Notes under the pieces: generated by a model | The model's database searches: none | Seen by the model: only the letters and a program-made list of their open reading frames with translations | Told to the model about the DNA's origin: nothing | In this document: positions 1-12,305 of the stretch, piece by piece | Layout of the letters: every line of letters begins with the position of its first letter | How positions within the stretch are numbered: position 1 is the first letter of the stretch | Assembly: GCA_043228905.1 (NCBI GenBank) | Contig: JBHGNT010000017.1 | Location: 12,958,001-13,022,000 of the forward strand | Origin: Azolla caroliniana | Lineage: Eukaryota; Plantae; Polypodiophyta | DNA: 64,000 bases | Reading direction: 5' to 3' | Program-made: the position numbers and the translations under genes

Positions 1-488
1 TGGATGATGTAGGCCCGGTGAGGAGTGCTCACCGGATGAAGGGACATATTCGTAAATATGTTTCTGAGAGTTCATCGGGGCTATATTTGTAAATAGCCGA
101 AAAGTCATATTAGTATAAATATGACTTAGGGCAAACTTAGTTTTGCGTTGTTGTCGTCATTCTTGTTGGTGCAAGATTTGAGCACGTAACTGTGTACAGA
201 GAGAGAGAGAGAGAGGAAGAGGTCGTTGCCTCTGTTGTAACCGCCGCCTATGGCGAAGATAACAAGCCCGAGGTCGTTGCCTCGGTGCTTTACCATTGTA
301 CATTGTGATATCGTGATAGTTTGCAGTCTGTGGGTTGCCGTGGTTTTTCCCTAGTTTGGGTTTTCCACGTTAACATCCTGTGTACTCTTCTCTTCACTGT
401 GTCATGCGTACCTTACCCGTTTTTTGTGTTTTGATCCTAGGCTCGGTTGTGGCCGAGGATTGTGCTTAGGGAGCGTGTATTGCTGTCA
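1..488 (+). mobile_element. Partial Copia LTR, same family as the LTRs at 53351-54073 and 56251-56933
   Basis: Near-identical blocks (AGGAGTGCTCACCGGATGAAGGGACATATT...GCCGAAAAGTCATATTAGTATAAATATGACTTAGGGCAAAC); ends ...TGTCA at 488; appears inserted into the LTR that follows. Confidence 0.85.
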
Positions 489-1126
489 ATAATCAACAAC
501 CAAATACATCTTTCGCTCTTCCTTATATAGTGATGGAAGAGGCTAAGCATAGCATCATGCTTTCCCTAAAGTGTTCATGCACGCTAGGTGTGCATGAGTT
601 GCCTCCCCTCAACCATGCTTTCCATTTCCTAAATATAGTGTTCATGCACGCTACGCATGCACGAGTAACTTTTCTTTTGTTTGCTTGTTTCTTCTAGATA
701 AAGTTTTCACCCACTCTCAAAGTGCATGATCTGCCTTCTTGTAAAAGTAGGCGTAAATATAAGTCATATATCACTTATGATAAGTTATTACAATAGTAAA
801 GTTTGGCTTTATTTACATGGAGGTACAGGGTTCGAATCTTGCCCTATGCATGTAACAATCTTTTCTTCTATTTACAAATTTGTCTCTTCATTCGATGAGA
901 CTCTCACCAGACTTCTTTATCCAGCTCTTGCTGGTTCTGCTTGATCCGGTTCTTACCGGTCCTCCTTGCCGGTTCCTCCTTCATCCGGTTCTCCTTACCG
1001 GGTCCTCCTTACTGGTTCCTCCTTCATCCGGTTCTCCTTACCAGGTCCTCCTTACCGGTTCCTCCTTGTCCCATCCGGAGGGACCAAAAAGCAAATTTCC
1101 CGTAGTGTGAAAATTACACTACGACA
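489..1126 (-). mobile_element. Partial LTR (U3 end) of the TGTCGT...ACGACA Gypsy group, related to the TR-GAG LTRs
   Basis: Shares CCTTATRTAGTGATG, CATGCACGCTA, GGTTCGAATCTTGCCCTATGCA and the terminal CGTAGTGT..ACACTACGACA with the LTRs at 8750-9539 and 30687-31443; internal CCGGTTC(C)TCCTT repeats at ~945-1075. Confidence 0.75.
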
Positions 1127-4100
1127 ATGTGAAACAAGGCGGTAGAGGAATCGAGGATGAGGGTTTCAGAGCTCACTGAAGCCATGGTGGCAGTAGTCGA
1201 TCGGATTGTGAGTGCTCGCGAGGGCACGGACGCCCTTGATAGGGCCATTGAAGCAATTGTCAGCACGTAGGCCGGTTCGATGGGAAGGACGCCACGAGTT
1301 ATTTGGTGGCCTATCGAGGCAAAATGGTGATGAGGGACATCCCGGAGGAAAGGTGTCTAGTTGGGTTCCCTCGGGTGGTGACACCGGGCGTCCACGCAGA
1401 GGTGCTCGAGGTGCAGGCTAGATGCTAGACCTGGGGAGAATTCGAAGCGCGACTCCTCGAACGGTACGGGCTTGATGACATGCTTCGCTTATCGAAGCAG
1501 GACTTCATGGATTGGGTGGAGACCCCCAGAAAGGGGATGAATGCATCGGCGCTTCTCCGGGAGTTTGAAGAACGCTTCGCGCGGCTCTTGGCCCTAGACA
1601 GGGCAGTGCTGGATACAAGCCGCATCTTGTTGTTTGTCAAATCCGTGGACGCACGGGATTGAGATCAAGTGGGTCTCCTGTTGGAGACGAATGATGGGTT
1701 GACGGGCGACTGGGCCATGGTAAAGAGAGTCTGCGTCCGTTTTGACAAACGACGTGAGTGAGTCGACAAGGGCTCATTGGGGGCAAGAGAGGTTGCGGCA
1801 AGAAAGCTCGAAGGACCCCCGCCGACACGAAGGGAGGAAACCCGGGATTGGCTGGAGACAGGCTTGACTTCGACCAACATGGTCAAGGGCCTGTCCAGAG
1901 GAGTGGCTCTGGAAGAGCTGACGCAGATGGTACGAGACATCTAGATTGCATAGGCAAGGAGGGACGACGACGAGTAGTTTCGCAACTGGAGGCCTTCGGG
2001 TGGGCATCGGTGCTTGTGGTGTGACGCGGTCGGTCACATCTGGAAGGACTGCGTGGACTTCGCAGAAGTGATAAGGGATAACGTGGTGTACCTGTGGAAC
2101 GGGCGGGTGCACACTAGCAAGACCCGGAGAGCCCTGGAGCTGAATATCGGATGAGGAGGAATGAAAAGGCTGATGGAAGAAGTGGTGGCGCGCCATGCGG
2201 AGACCTTCCACTACTCGGCGTCGGCAGGAATCCGAGTTGAGAATGATGAAGGCCAGAAGACGAAGGTCTCCAGGTTTTGGCCGTTGGTGCTAGAAGGCCT
2301 CGCCGGCGTGCGGTTGAGGAAGAAGGAAGCGGACCGCACGGAAAGACGGGTTCGGGAGGTCACCGGGTGGAGCAACCCGGTCGAGGAAAAGACCGGCTTC
2401 ATGGAAGCCGCGTGCTAGAACTACAAGGTTCTGGTAGTGGACAAATGTGCGGGAAAAGCCTGAGGGGCTAGACCCTCGCAACGGTACGAGACCCGGTTCG
2501 GGTCGAAGCAGAATGGCGCCGATACCACCGGTGCACCAGACAAGACAAAGAAGGCCAATTACTGGTTGAGCGCCAAGAGAGAAAGGGCAACAGATCTACG
2601 AAAGGTCCTGGAGGAACGAATCGTCGACAACAAGGTGGAGCTGTCGTTAAGGGAAGTGCTCGGGATCGCCAAGAAGGAGTTCCATGACTCCATCATGGGC
2701 TTGGTGAAGCGGAAATGGCTTTCGACGGAGCCAAAGCCGGAGAAGCCAGTGGAGGTATGAACGACGCACCTGGAAGACATGGCCCTGAAGGACGAGTTGG
2801 CGGAAAGCCACTATTCGAGGCTGCATTGGGCTAGAGCCACTACGGAGACCCCCGTTTGGATCGGAGACGTCTAGGAGCCGGTGGTGGCGTTGGTAGACCA
2901 CGGTTTGGAGATCAACCTAATGTCCATGGACTTCTACAAGAAGGGTAAGTGGCCAATCAACACCAAGCACAGGTGGAAAATACGAGTGGCCACGCGCGCC
3001 ACGGAGGAACTACACGGGGCCTGCCCAAATGTATGAGTAAAGATCGACGATGTCAAGATTGATCAGCACTTCTTCGTGCAGGAGACATCCTCGCACCCAG
3101 TGATCCTCGGTGAACCATACATCACGATGGCACGCATGGAGACGAAGGTGTTGGATAACGGTTCGGCGTACACCCAAGTGAAGAGCCAAGATGGGCAACA
3201 CTCCGTCCAATTTCTGACGGTGCGACCGAACCACAAGTGCAACCGTGAGACCCTCGGCGGTGAAAGCCGAGGACATTTTTAGAGAGGGCTATCAAGGCGT
3301 GGGGCCACGGTAGTCCGGACACCTCGGTAAAACCTCACAAGTGTACCACACAAAGGAAACCCCATACTATAGGTAGGAAAGTTTGGTTCTTCTACAACGG
3401 AGGCTATACGATAACCGACATTTGCGGCTGGGAGAAGAAGCGGGCGGAGGGAAGTCTCAGGGCGTGCGGAGTCCTAGGCCCCGATGATGACATTGGTGGA
3501 GCCGTGGAGGCAGTCTCTTTTGACGACACCTTGGGGGAATTAAAGAAGGTGTTCGAAGGAGATCTCAACGAAGACCAGACGATTTCAGTTAGTTCAGAAA
3601 GGATGTACGAAGTCATCGCTGACTTCGGGAGAGGGTCGAGTTGGATCGGACGGCCCAAGAGCATATGAAGTACAAGACTGTGGACCGGAAGGTGAGGCCA
3701 GTTGTGGCACCCTTGCCGGAGGGCAGCGTGTTACGGATGAAAGGGGTCACGTCGGACCCAAGTCTACGGGATCCGGCCGACATAGGACACCGGTTTACCG
3801 ACATGACGCTACGAGAGCTCAAGGTTGGTGGGGGTGGCTTTCTACTGCCAGTGGAGGAGGAATGGTTTCGGAGAATGCTCTGGAGGCACGGGAAGGCCTT
3901 CGCATTCTCGCCAGGGGAGATCGGGTGCATAGACCGGACGGTCATGGAAACAATGGTGATCTTCATGGTTCCCCATGTACCGTGGAATCTCAAGCCGATT
4001 CTAGTACCCAGAGCTCACATCCCGAAGTTGATGGAGCTACTAAAGCAGAAGGTGGAGATGGGCATCCTTGAGCCGTCGAGTGCCCAATATTCGAATCGGT

Positions 4101-5690
4101 GGTTTACCGTGCCAAAGAAGAATGGCACGCTGCGCTTCATTTAGGACCTGCAACCGGTCAACAAGGTGACCATCTGGAATGCAAGTATCGGACCGACCAT
4201 TGACAAGTTCGCGGAGGCCTTCACCGGAAGGTCGATCTATTCGGTCGGGGATCTGTACTCGGGGTACGATCAGTTCCAACTAGCCATGGAGAGCAAGGAT
4301 ATCACAATGATGCGAACTCCTCTCGGCTTAGTGTGGATGTGTACCCTACCGCAAGGAGGGACAAACTCAGTGGCACATATGGTGAATGCGATGAACAAGG
4401 TGTTGAGGGACTGTATCCCGGACATCACCATGCCATTTTTGGATGACATCCCAATCAAGGGATGCTCGGTGGAAGAGAGGGACGAATCGGTTGGGTTGGA
4501 CGGATGCTGGAAATTCGTAACGGACCACATCAGCGACTGCGAGAAGGTGCTTCAAAGGTTGGAGGGCACGCACCTCACCTTCTTCGGGGAGAAATCGGCC
4601 TTCGAGTAGTCAGAGATCTTAGTGGTCGGACACTTGTGCAGACCTTACGATCGGAAACCGTCTCCGGCTACGATGGCTACGAGAAGTTCCTGGGAGCTTG
4701 CACGTTCTACCACATTTGGATCCCGCATTACGCCCATATCCCGGAGCCGCTCTACGGGTTGTTGAAGAAAGGGCGCAAGTTCGACTGGAGCGGGGAGCAT
4801 GTAGAGTCGGTCCGGAAAATGAAAGAAGCGCTTGCCGCGGCACCGGCACTCCGGAATGCGGTCTACGACAAACATGTTCCGATTTGCATAACAGTAGACA
4901 CGAGTCCAACCGGAATCAGATGGGTGATCAACCAGGAGGATGAGAACGGCACAAGGTTCCCCATCCGGTTCGGTGTGAAAGTACTTAGCGATCGGCAGCG
5001 AGGATACGCCCAGGTTAAACGTGAACTCTGGAGTATTGTTTCAGCGGTTAAGGCTAACAAAGACTACCTGATAGGACAGAGGTAATAATAGAGACAGACT
5101 GCCTACCATTCTCAGTATGGTTTCCAGATGCACGACGCCAGACCTGGCAATGCTCAGGTGGATAGCGTACATTAAGTCCCTGAATCCGGGGATGCGACAC
5201 ATCTTCGGGAAGGATAACGCCATGGCCGACATGCTTTCGAGAGCGAGGTTTTATGACGAGGTCGGCATGGTTTCAGAGGACGAGGAAGTCAACGTAGACT
5301 TCTTCGAGATGGCTTACATGACGACAAGAAAGGGGAGCACTCCAACGCTTAACGAGTTTGACGAGAGCAAGTATGAAGGGGAGTGGCTCCAGATCGGTGG
5401 GTTCCTGAAAACGATGACGTCGGACGCGGCGTGGACAAAGGAAGAGACTAATTGGATCTGGAAGAAAGCGTACCGATTCTTCCTACGGAATGGAAGCATA
5501 TGGAAGCACCCGAAGAAGCGAGACGACGTCCCACTCTGGGTAGTGGCAGGGAAGGAGGAGCAGGAAGCATTGCTGACAACGTACCACGAGAGTCCTCGGG
5601 CCAGACATCGGGGGACATGGGCCATGTTCGAGAAGCTGAAGGAGAAGTACTGGTGGCCGGGACTGTACTGGGACGTGCATTGGTTTGTAC
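1127..5690 (+). pseudogene. Degenerate Ty3/Gypsy gag-pol (gag with CCHC, protease, RT, RNase H, start of integrase), truncated
   Basis: Gag EFEERFARL..FVKSVD; CLWCDAVGHIWKDC knuckle ~2010-2052; protease ALVDHG ~2890; RT YKTVDRKVRPV, KKNGTLRFI, GDLYSGYDQ, PFLDDIPIKG; RNase H VDTSPTGI, KDNAMADMLSR; integrase HHCC start (HES..HRG..WWPG); many stops and frameshifts. Confidence 0.9.
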
Positions 5691-5859
5691 AAATTCTAGA
5701 GCACTCAATATTGGCTTTAGTGGTAAGTTAATTTGTTTCCTATCTTGGAGGTGCAAGGTTCAAGCCTTGCTTGCACCCCTTTTTATCCTCAAAATATTAC
5801 TAGGCTTTAGTCTTATATTTGCAAATGTTTGAGTACACATTACACCTTGATTTTGTTCG

Positions 5860-8170
5860 TTTCGCACAATTTTCACACTGTTGCCCAAAATTTTAACGAT
5901 AGCAGTATCACTTTCCGGTATTGCGATGGGCTTCGCTCCTTGTTGCATGCTGCCTGCCGTAGTTGTCATCTCCGGAGAATTCGGCTGAAGTTCCTCCTGT
6001 TCAGCAGTGTCACTTTCTGGTGTCGCGATGGGCTCCGCTCTTGGCCACGTGTTGCCTGCTTCCATGATTCGGTGAAACATATCCTCCTGACTTTCACCGA
6101 AATCGTCCAGTAGCTATGCAAGTTCCTCGGACTGCTGGTCCGCTAGCGTGCGATAATCCTGTGCTAGGTCCTCGCATATTGCCGCAATGCCTTCCTCATT
6201 GAGTTTGTAGAAACCTTGACCTTCTTTCCTACGGTTTTCCCAGTCCGCCCGGTAGGTATGCAACTCCGCTGCTTGTGTTGCCCACGCCATCTAGCCTTTA
6301 TCTAGCACTGCTTGTAATTGCGCCGTAAACCTCTCCCAATTTGTTTGAAGAAGTACGTGCACGTTGTTGGTTATTACTTGGCAGCGGTTTTGCGCTTCTT
6401 CTAAGGTTTTTTTGAGGTTTTCGATTTCTTGATTATTAACCGCAACCGCTTCCTCGTAGTGGCTCTTCATTCTTGCCCATATCTGAGATTCTTTCGAATG
6501 TAATTCCTCCAGCCGACCCATTTCATTGTTCAGGCGGACTTCGACCTGATGCCTCACCTCCTATTCTCATACAAGCTACTCGTCGTACCACGCTTTTTTC
6601 TTTTCCAATAGCGCCTGGAGTCCTGTGATCGTGGCTTCCGACTTTTGGTCTTCCTCCCGTAGTTTGGTGTTTTCTTCTTTCATGCGGGTGTGCGATGCTG
6701 CCTCCGCTTCGAGTTTCTCGTCGAGGGCCTTTACTACCTTTCGGCCTTTGGCCCAGATGTCCTTTTCTCTGTCGGAGGATTGGCGGAGTTCAGAGCGGAG
6801 GCAGTCAATCTCGGACTCCGCAAGCTGTGTAGACCTTTTTGCTTTAGCAGCGATGACCTGTTGTGCGACAATCTCCTCTTGTAAGGTTATGGAGGGGTCC
6901 TCCCCCGCTGCTGGTTCGGGATTTTGCGGTGCCCTAGTGACGCTGCGTTCAAGCTCCGTAATACACTCTTGGGCTTGCTGTAATTGGGCTTTAGTCATCT
7001 TGACTATTTTCTATACGTTTTTGTTCTTGCTAGCCATATCATTGGCTCCCACACTCACTCTAGCCAACTCCCGATGTACCTCGACCATGGAGGTAGTTCG
7101 ATGCCCATACGCCGAATCACCGCATTCCGTTGCCTGCCAACCTTGGCTAGAGGCCCTTCATCCTCACTTTCCGTTGTTTGTGTGAGTGCACACTCAATCA
7201 TCTGTTGTTCTGCGTGCTCCTTCGCCATTCACTGCGATACCTTAATTTGCTGCGTTGCCAAAAATTCCATGAGTTCGTAAGTTGTTCCAAATTGTAGTAG
7301 TGCACCGAACTCATGGGTTGTATCCGGGATGTTTGGGTACTTTAGGACTTCGCTCTCTGTCGTGAGTACGCCTTTCCCACGCTGCGACTGGGCCGTAATG
7401 ATCGGCCGTGGTTCCCGGATTAGTTCGAAAGTGGTGTTGGGTTTCGTAGCTGCGGAACTGTCGACCAAGGTGGTTGTGTCTTTGTCCGCGATTGTGTCTT
7501 TGACTAGTCCGCACCCATCTTTCCTGTCCAGCCTATACCGTTTTGGCCTCAGGCTTTCCTAGCATTGCTCGGCTTCCTGCTCCTGCGGAGCTTCCTCCTT
7601 GCTCGCCGGCCGTTCTCCATGTGTTGTCCGCGTGCTAGGCTGGGAAGATTGTGGTTCATCTTCCCATTCCATGGTAACCAACTCTGCTAACCTCCGTTTT
7701 ACAGAACGTGGCGGCGGCGTGGGTTTGCTGGGCTGTGGTGCGAGCAGACCTCGAGGTGGGAATAGTATCGTCGGATACTATTGTATGATTGGCCTTAGCT
7801 TTTTGCCGCCCTGATATGTGTTCAGGCCTTCCCGTAACGTTGGTCCCGTAATTACCCCCCAATCGACCGCGCGCATTCACGTGCACGCATTCTACCTCCA
7901 GCAAGAACTTGGTTATCTCTCGAAAGAAGGGGTCGGGGATTTCCTTTGGCGAACACCGAATATGCCCCGAAATATATCTGCAAGGTTTCCGCAGGAGGGA
8001 TGTCGAAATGTTTTTCTCCAAGCGATGATAAGTCAATCTTCTTCCGAATGGTAGTGTTGGTGACCGTGTCTATATTGAGCTTCCTGGCAATTTCCAGGGC
8101 TTCAGGGTGAGCAGGTGCCTCAACGACTTTGATGTATCCATCCAGCCTCTTTTCAAGGAGCCATCTCGGT
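5860..8170 (-). pseudogene. Fragmented 3' extra ORF (env-position) of the Athila/Tat-like Gypsy, coiled-coil rich
   Basis: Same-strand ORF pieces 7656-8036, 7229-7468, 6576-6998, 6291-6557 and 5760-6080 downstream of integrase; E/K/Q-rich heptad-like segments. Confidence 0.55.
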
Positions 8171-8749
8171 TATATACAATAGTACTGTTACATTATAATA
8201 CAGGTGGGTCCCTTTTACTTAATTAACCCGCAGATTCTTCGGCCATGTCGTTTACGACGTGGAATGGGTTTGGAGGCACCGGTCCCAGGTAGGGTTTTAG
8301 TCGAAACCCATTCACCTTTTGTGGTAACACTTCTCCGGCTAGGGTGCCTAGTTGAAACGTGCCGTTTTCCGCGCCAACTATCCAGTACGGCCTTGTCCAA
8401 TGGAATCTTAATTTTCCTGGCATTTGCCCCATCCTTGTTTGAAAGACTAAAACCGCTTTGCTAACCGCAAAATCATTTTCACACGCATTTCGATGCCGGT
8501 CCACGAATGCTTTACGCCGACGCTGCTCTTGTTCCAGTATGGCCATGCTTCGTAATCGTGTCTCGCCTAGTTCGAGCAGCTGTTGTAGCCGTATTTGTTC
8601 GGATTTGTCTTCTGACAGCCGGTCTCATATTGAATCCGTAGACTGGGTACCTAAAATTCGACTGGCATTACGGCCTCCAGCCCAAATGCTAGCCAGAAAG
8701 GCGTGGATTGTATGCTAGTCTTATAGCTAGTCCGATACGCCCATAACGC

Positions 8750-11700
8750 TGTCGTGCCTTTCGGCACCGGATCGTTGCGTGAGTCAGGTGGGAACCACTG
8801 AGGTTTTGGACTAGGAGAAAGAAGAATATGAGATGAGGCTAGTAATGAATAGATTATTAGAAAGAGAGATAGAAATTTCGTGAATCCCACGAGTGTATTG
8901 TATTCGATTAATCAATATTTAGATAAGAGTATGTATTTAGATTGAAAGAAAGATATAAGAAACTTGTGAATCCCACAAGTATAGATTATATTATTTTCGT
9001 GAATCCCACGATTATATTAATCGGTTGGTGTTTTCGGAAATATATCCTATTTCCAAATATTTCACACACCTATTACATTGTGCTCCCCATCCTTATGTAG
9101 TGATGGGAGAGACTACGCATAACTACATGCTTTTTTTTCTAATATGTTCATGCACACTAAATGTGCATGTGATGCTTTTCTAATCCTTGCTTTTATTTGC
9201 TAAATATAGTGCTCATGCACGCTAGATGTGCATGAGTCACTTTTTAGTTGCTTGCGTTTTTCTATAAAATATTCACGCACTCTAAAAATGCATGATTTAC
9301 CTTTTAATAAAGGTAGGCGCAAATAAAGCACTTATAGTTATTAAATCTATTTGTAGAACACTAAAGATAAGGTAGCATAATGGTAAAGTTGAGGTTTGGC
9401 TATGTGAATGTACAGGGTTTGAATCTTGCCCTATGCACGTGATAAATATTTTGATATTCTTATTTTATTTATTTATATGTAATTAAATCGGTTATATTAT
9501 TTTTACTTTTTCACGTAGTGTACGAAATACACTACGACACTCGCCCCCTCCGAACCCGCACATCCTCCGGTATGTGCCGAAGTTGCCGATGCTCGTTGTC
9601 TCCCCTTCATCCTCCGTTTGTCCCGCTATGTCAACTTTGTCTCTCCATTTTGAGTAGACCCATTCTTTCCACCCGAACCATTGTCACCATCCGATCCACC
9701 ATATTCTTTGTTCTCTCTCGTCATATTCTTGGCCCTTGTCATTCGTGGTAGTGTCTTTTATTGGCCTCTTTCTTGTCTTCATCAACCTTTCCGGATCGCT
9801 CTCGTCCGATCGACTTTCGGTTTGATCGGCTTCCGATCGGATTCGTATTCGGCCGAATCGGAATCGGTTGTTCGGTTTCGATTGAGTCGGTCTCCTTCCG
9901 GCCCGGTTTCGATCTATCGGTTTCGGTTTCGGTTGGCTTTCTTTTCCTCGTTTTCACCAGCCTCGACCGGTCCAACCTCCGGTTGAGTCGGATTAGCTTC
10001 TTTCCGGATCGGTCTCGTCTGATCGGCTTTCGGCTAGGTCGGCTTCCATCCATATTCGCGTTCGGCCAAGTCAGACTCGGTCGATCGGTTTTGACCGAGT
10101 CGACCCCTTTTCGGGTCGTCTTTCGGCCGAATCCTCATCCTTTCGGTTCGGCTTTCTTTCGGGTCGACTTTCGGTCGAATCCTCATTCGCCCGGTTCGGC
10201 TTTCTTTCGGGTCGGAATCCCTTCCAGATCACCTTCCATCCGAACCGGCGTCCGACTTTACCTTTCTTGCCGCCACCTCCCGTCTCTCCGGTCTCACGTT
10301 GGTTCTCGGACACAACCGCCGAAGTCTCTAGAATTAGTGGGTAGGAATCCTCGGTATTGTCATCCTCCGTTGTTTCACCCATAGCCATATTCTCGGCTAT
10401 CTCTCCGTCATATGCATTAGCTTCGACCTTTGTTTTCTCTCCGCCACCTTCCGTCTCTTCGGTCTCACGTTGCCTTTCGAACGCAACCATCGGAGTCTCT
10501 GAAATTAGTGGTGGGGAAGTCTCGATATGGCCATCCGTCGTTGATTCGTCCATAGCCACCTTTGATTCGATGTCATCTTTCGTGGCGACCTCCTCAATCA
10601 AGTCCTCCTTGCTCTCTTTCACTGCATCAATTATGCTTACCCCTTTTTCACCCGATGTTTCGGACACTTGTATTCTAAAATCTTCTTCTACACTTGGGTT
10701 ATCGGCCTTATCCTTCGTCGTTGTTCTTTCGCAAGACAAGAGGGTAGCTTGTTTTACACCCTCTTCCGTCGCACCATCATGTTGTATTTCGGCCTTCATA
10801 TCGGCTCCATCGTTTGTCTTCAATCGACCATCCTTCATCGGCCATGTCGTTGACAAGATTCTCATCTTCCTCTCATCATGTCTCGGGCATACCCTTTGGA
10901 CTTTGGCCCAATCTTTGGTAAGACCATTGGTACCGTCATCGTCTTTGAGTTCGATCCCGATGTCCATCCTTTCTTTTCGATCGATCGATTTTACGAACAT
11001 TAGGACTTTATCCTCCCCCACCAATCGTTGTTCCCGCTCCGAGAGTCGAGCAAGACGATGCTCGAACTCTAGGAATGCTTGTGTTGCACTTCGGTGGGTC
11101 TTCTCCGATGCCGCCCATTCGTCAAACTCGCGTCGATCTCATCCCTTCGATCTCTCGTAGTCATATGCCTCTCGTAAAGCTTCTTCAAAGGACCCCCATG
11201 TTGGATTTTGTTGTCGTATCTTGTAGATTCTTTCTTGTAACTCATCCGTGGCTACCCGACTGAAGGATATCACTTGCAATCCTTCGGGTATCCCACATCG
11301 CATCATCTCCCCTTTGTAGTCACGTAGATAGCGTGACACATCATTTCCGTTGAATTCCCCATTTCGTCGCACAAGCCGCTCTACTGCCGCCTTCATCTCC
11401 GTCATCGCACGTTGTTCTTGTTGCATCCGCTCAACCATCATCATCATCATGTTCATTGCCTCTTGTTGATTCTCCATCCCCTTGCCACCCGTCTTCACGT
11501 CGGGTTCACCAACTGTGTCGTGCCTTTCGGTGCCGGATCGTTGCGTGAGTCAGGTGGGAACCACTGAGGTTTTGGACTAGGAGAAAGAAGAATATGAGAT
11601 GAGGCTAGTAATGAATAGATTATTAGAAAGAGAGATAGAAATTTCGTGAATCCCACAAGTGTATTGTATTCGATTAATCAATATTTAGATAAGAATATGT

Positions 11701-12305
11701 ATTTAGATTGAAAGAAAGATATAAGAAACTTGTGAATCCCACAAGTATAGATTATATTATTTTCGTGAATCCCACGATTATATTAATCGGTTGGTGTTTT
11801 CGGAAATATATCCAATTTCCGAATATTTCACACACCTATTACATTGTGCTCCCCATCCTTATGTAGTGATGGGAGAGACTAAGCATAGCTACATGCTTTT
11901 TTTTCTAATATGTTCATGCACACTAAATGTGCATGTGATGCTTTTCTAATCCTTGCTTTTATTTGCTAAATATAGTGCTCATGCACACTAGATGTGCATG
12001 AGTCACTTTTTAGTTGCTTGCGTTTTTCTATAAAATATTCATGCACTCTAAAAATGCATGATTTACCTTTTAATAAAGGTAGGCGCAAATAAAGCACTTA
12101 TAGTTATTAAATCTATTTATAGAACACTAAAGATAAGGTAGCATAATGGTAAAGTTGAGGTTTGGCTATGTGAAGGTATGGGGTTTGAATCTTGCCTTAT
12201 GCACGTGATAAATATTTTGATATTCTTATTTTATTTATTTATATGTAATTAAATCGGTTATATTATTTTTACTTTTTCACGTAGTGTACGAAATACACTA
12301 CGACA
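8750..12305 (-). mobile_element. Non-autonomous gag-only LTR retroelement (TR-GAG-like), copy 1
   Basis: 790-bp LTRs 8750-9539 and 11516-12305 (TGTCGT..ACGACA); 4-bp TSD ACGC (8746-8749, 12306-12309), and removing it restores the host integrase frame WDTKLHSALWAYR; tRNA-Trp PBS 11494-11511; PPT next to 9540; frameshifted gag-like ORF pieces 11139-11498, 10071-11024, 9739-10053; no pol. Confidence 0.93.
11494..11511 (-). promoter_or_regulatory. Primer-binding site complementary to the 3' end of tRNA-Trp
   Basis: Plus strand TTCACGTCGGGTTCACCA matches the 3' 18 nt of plant cytosolic tRNA-Trp as I recall it; 4 nt from the LTR; identical at 33483-33500. Confidence 0.85.

Noticed and set aside
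9373-9437. Functional tRNA gene
   Set aside because: No convincing acceptor or anticodon stem; only the A/B boxes and a T-arm-like stem
10357-11160. Ser-rich 267-aa plus-strand ORF (and similar ones at 32010-33146)
   Set aside because: Antisense shadow of the acidic gag-like ORF
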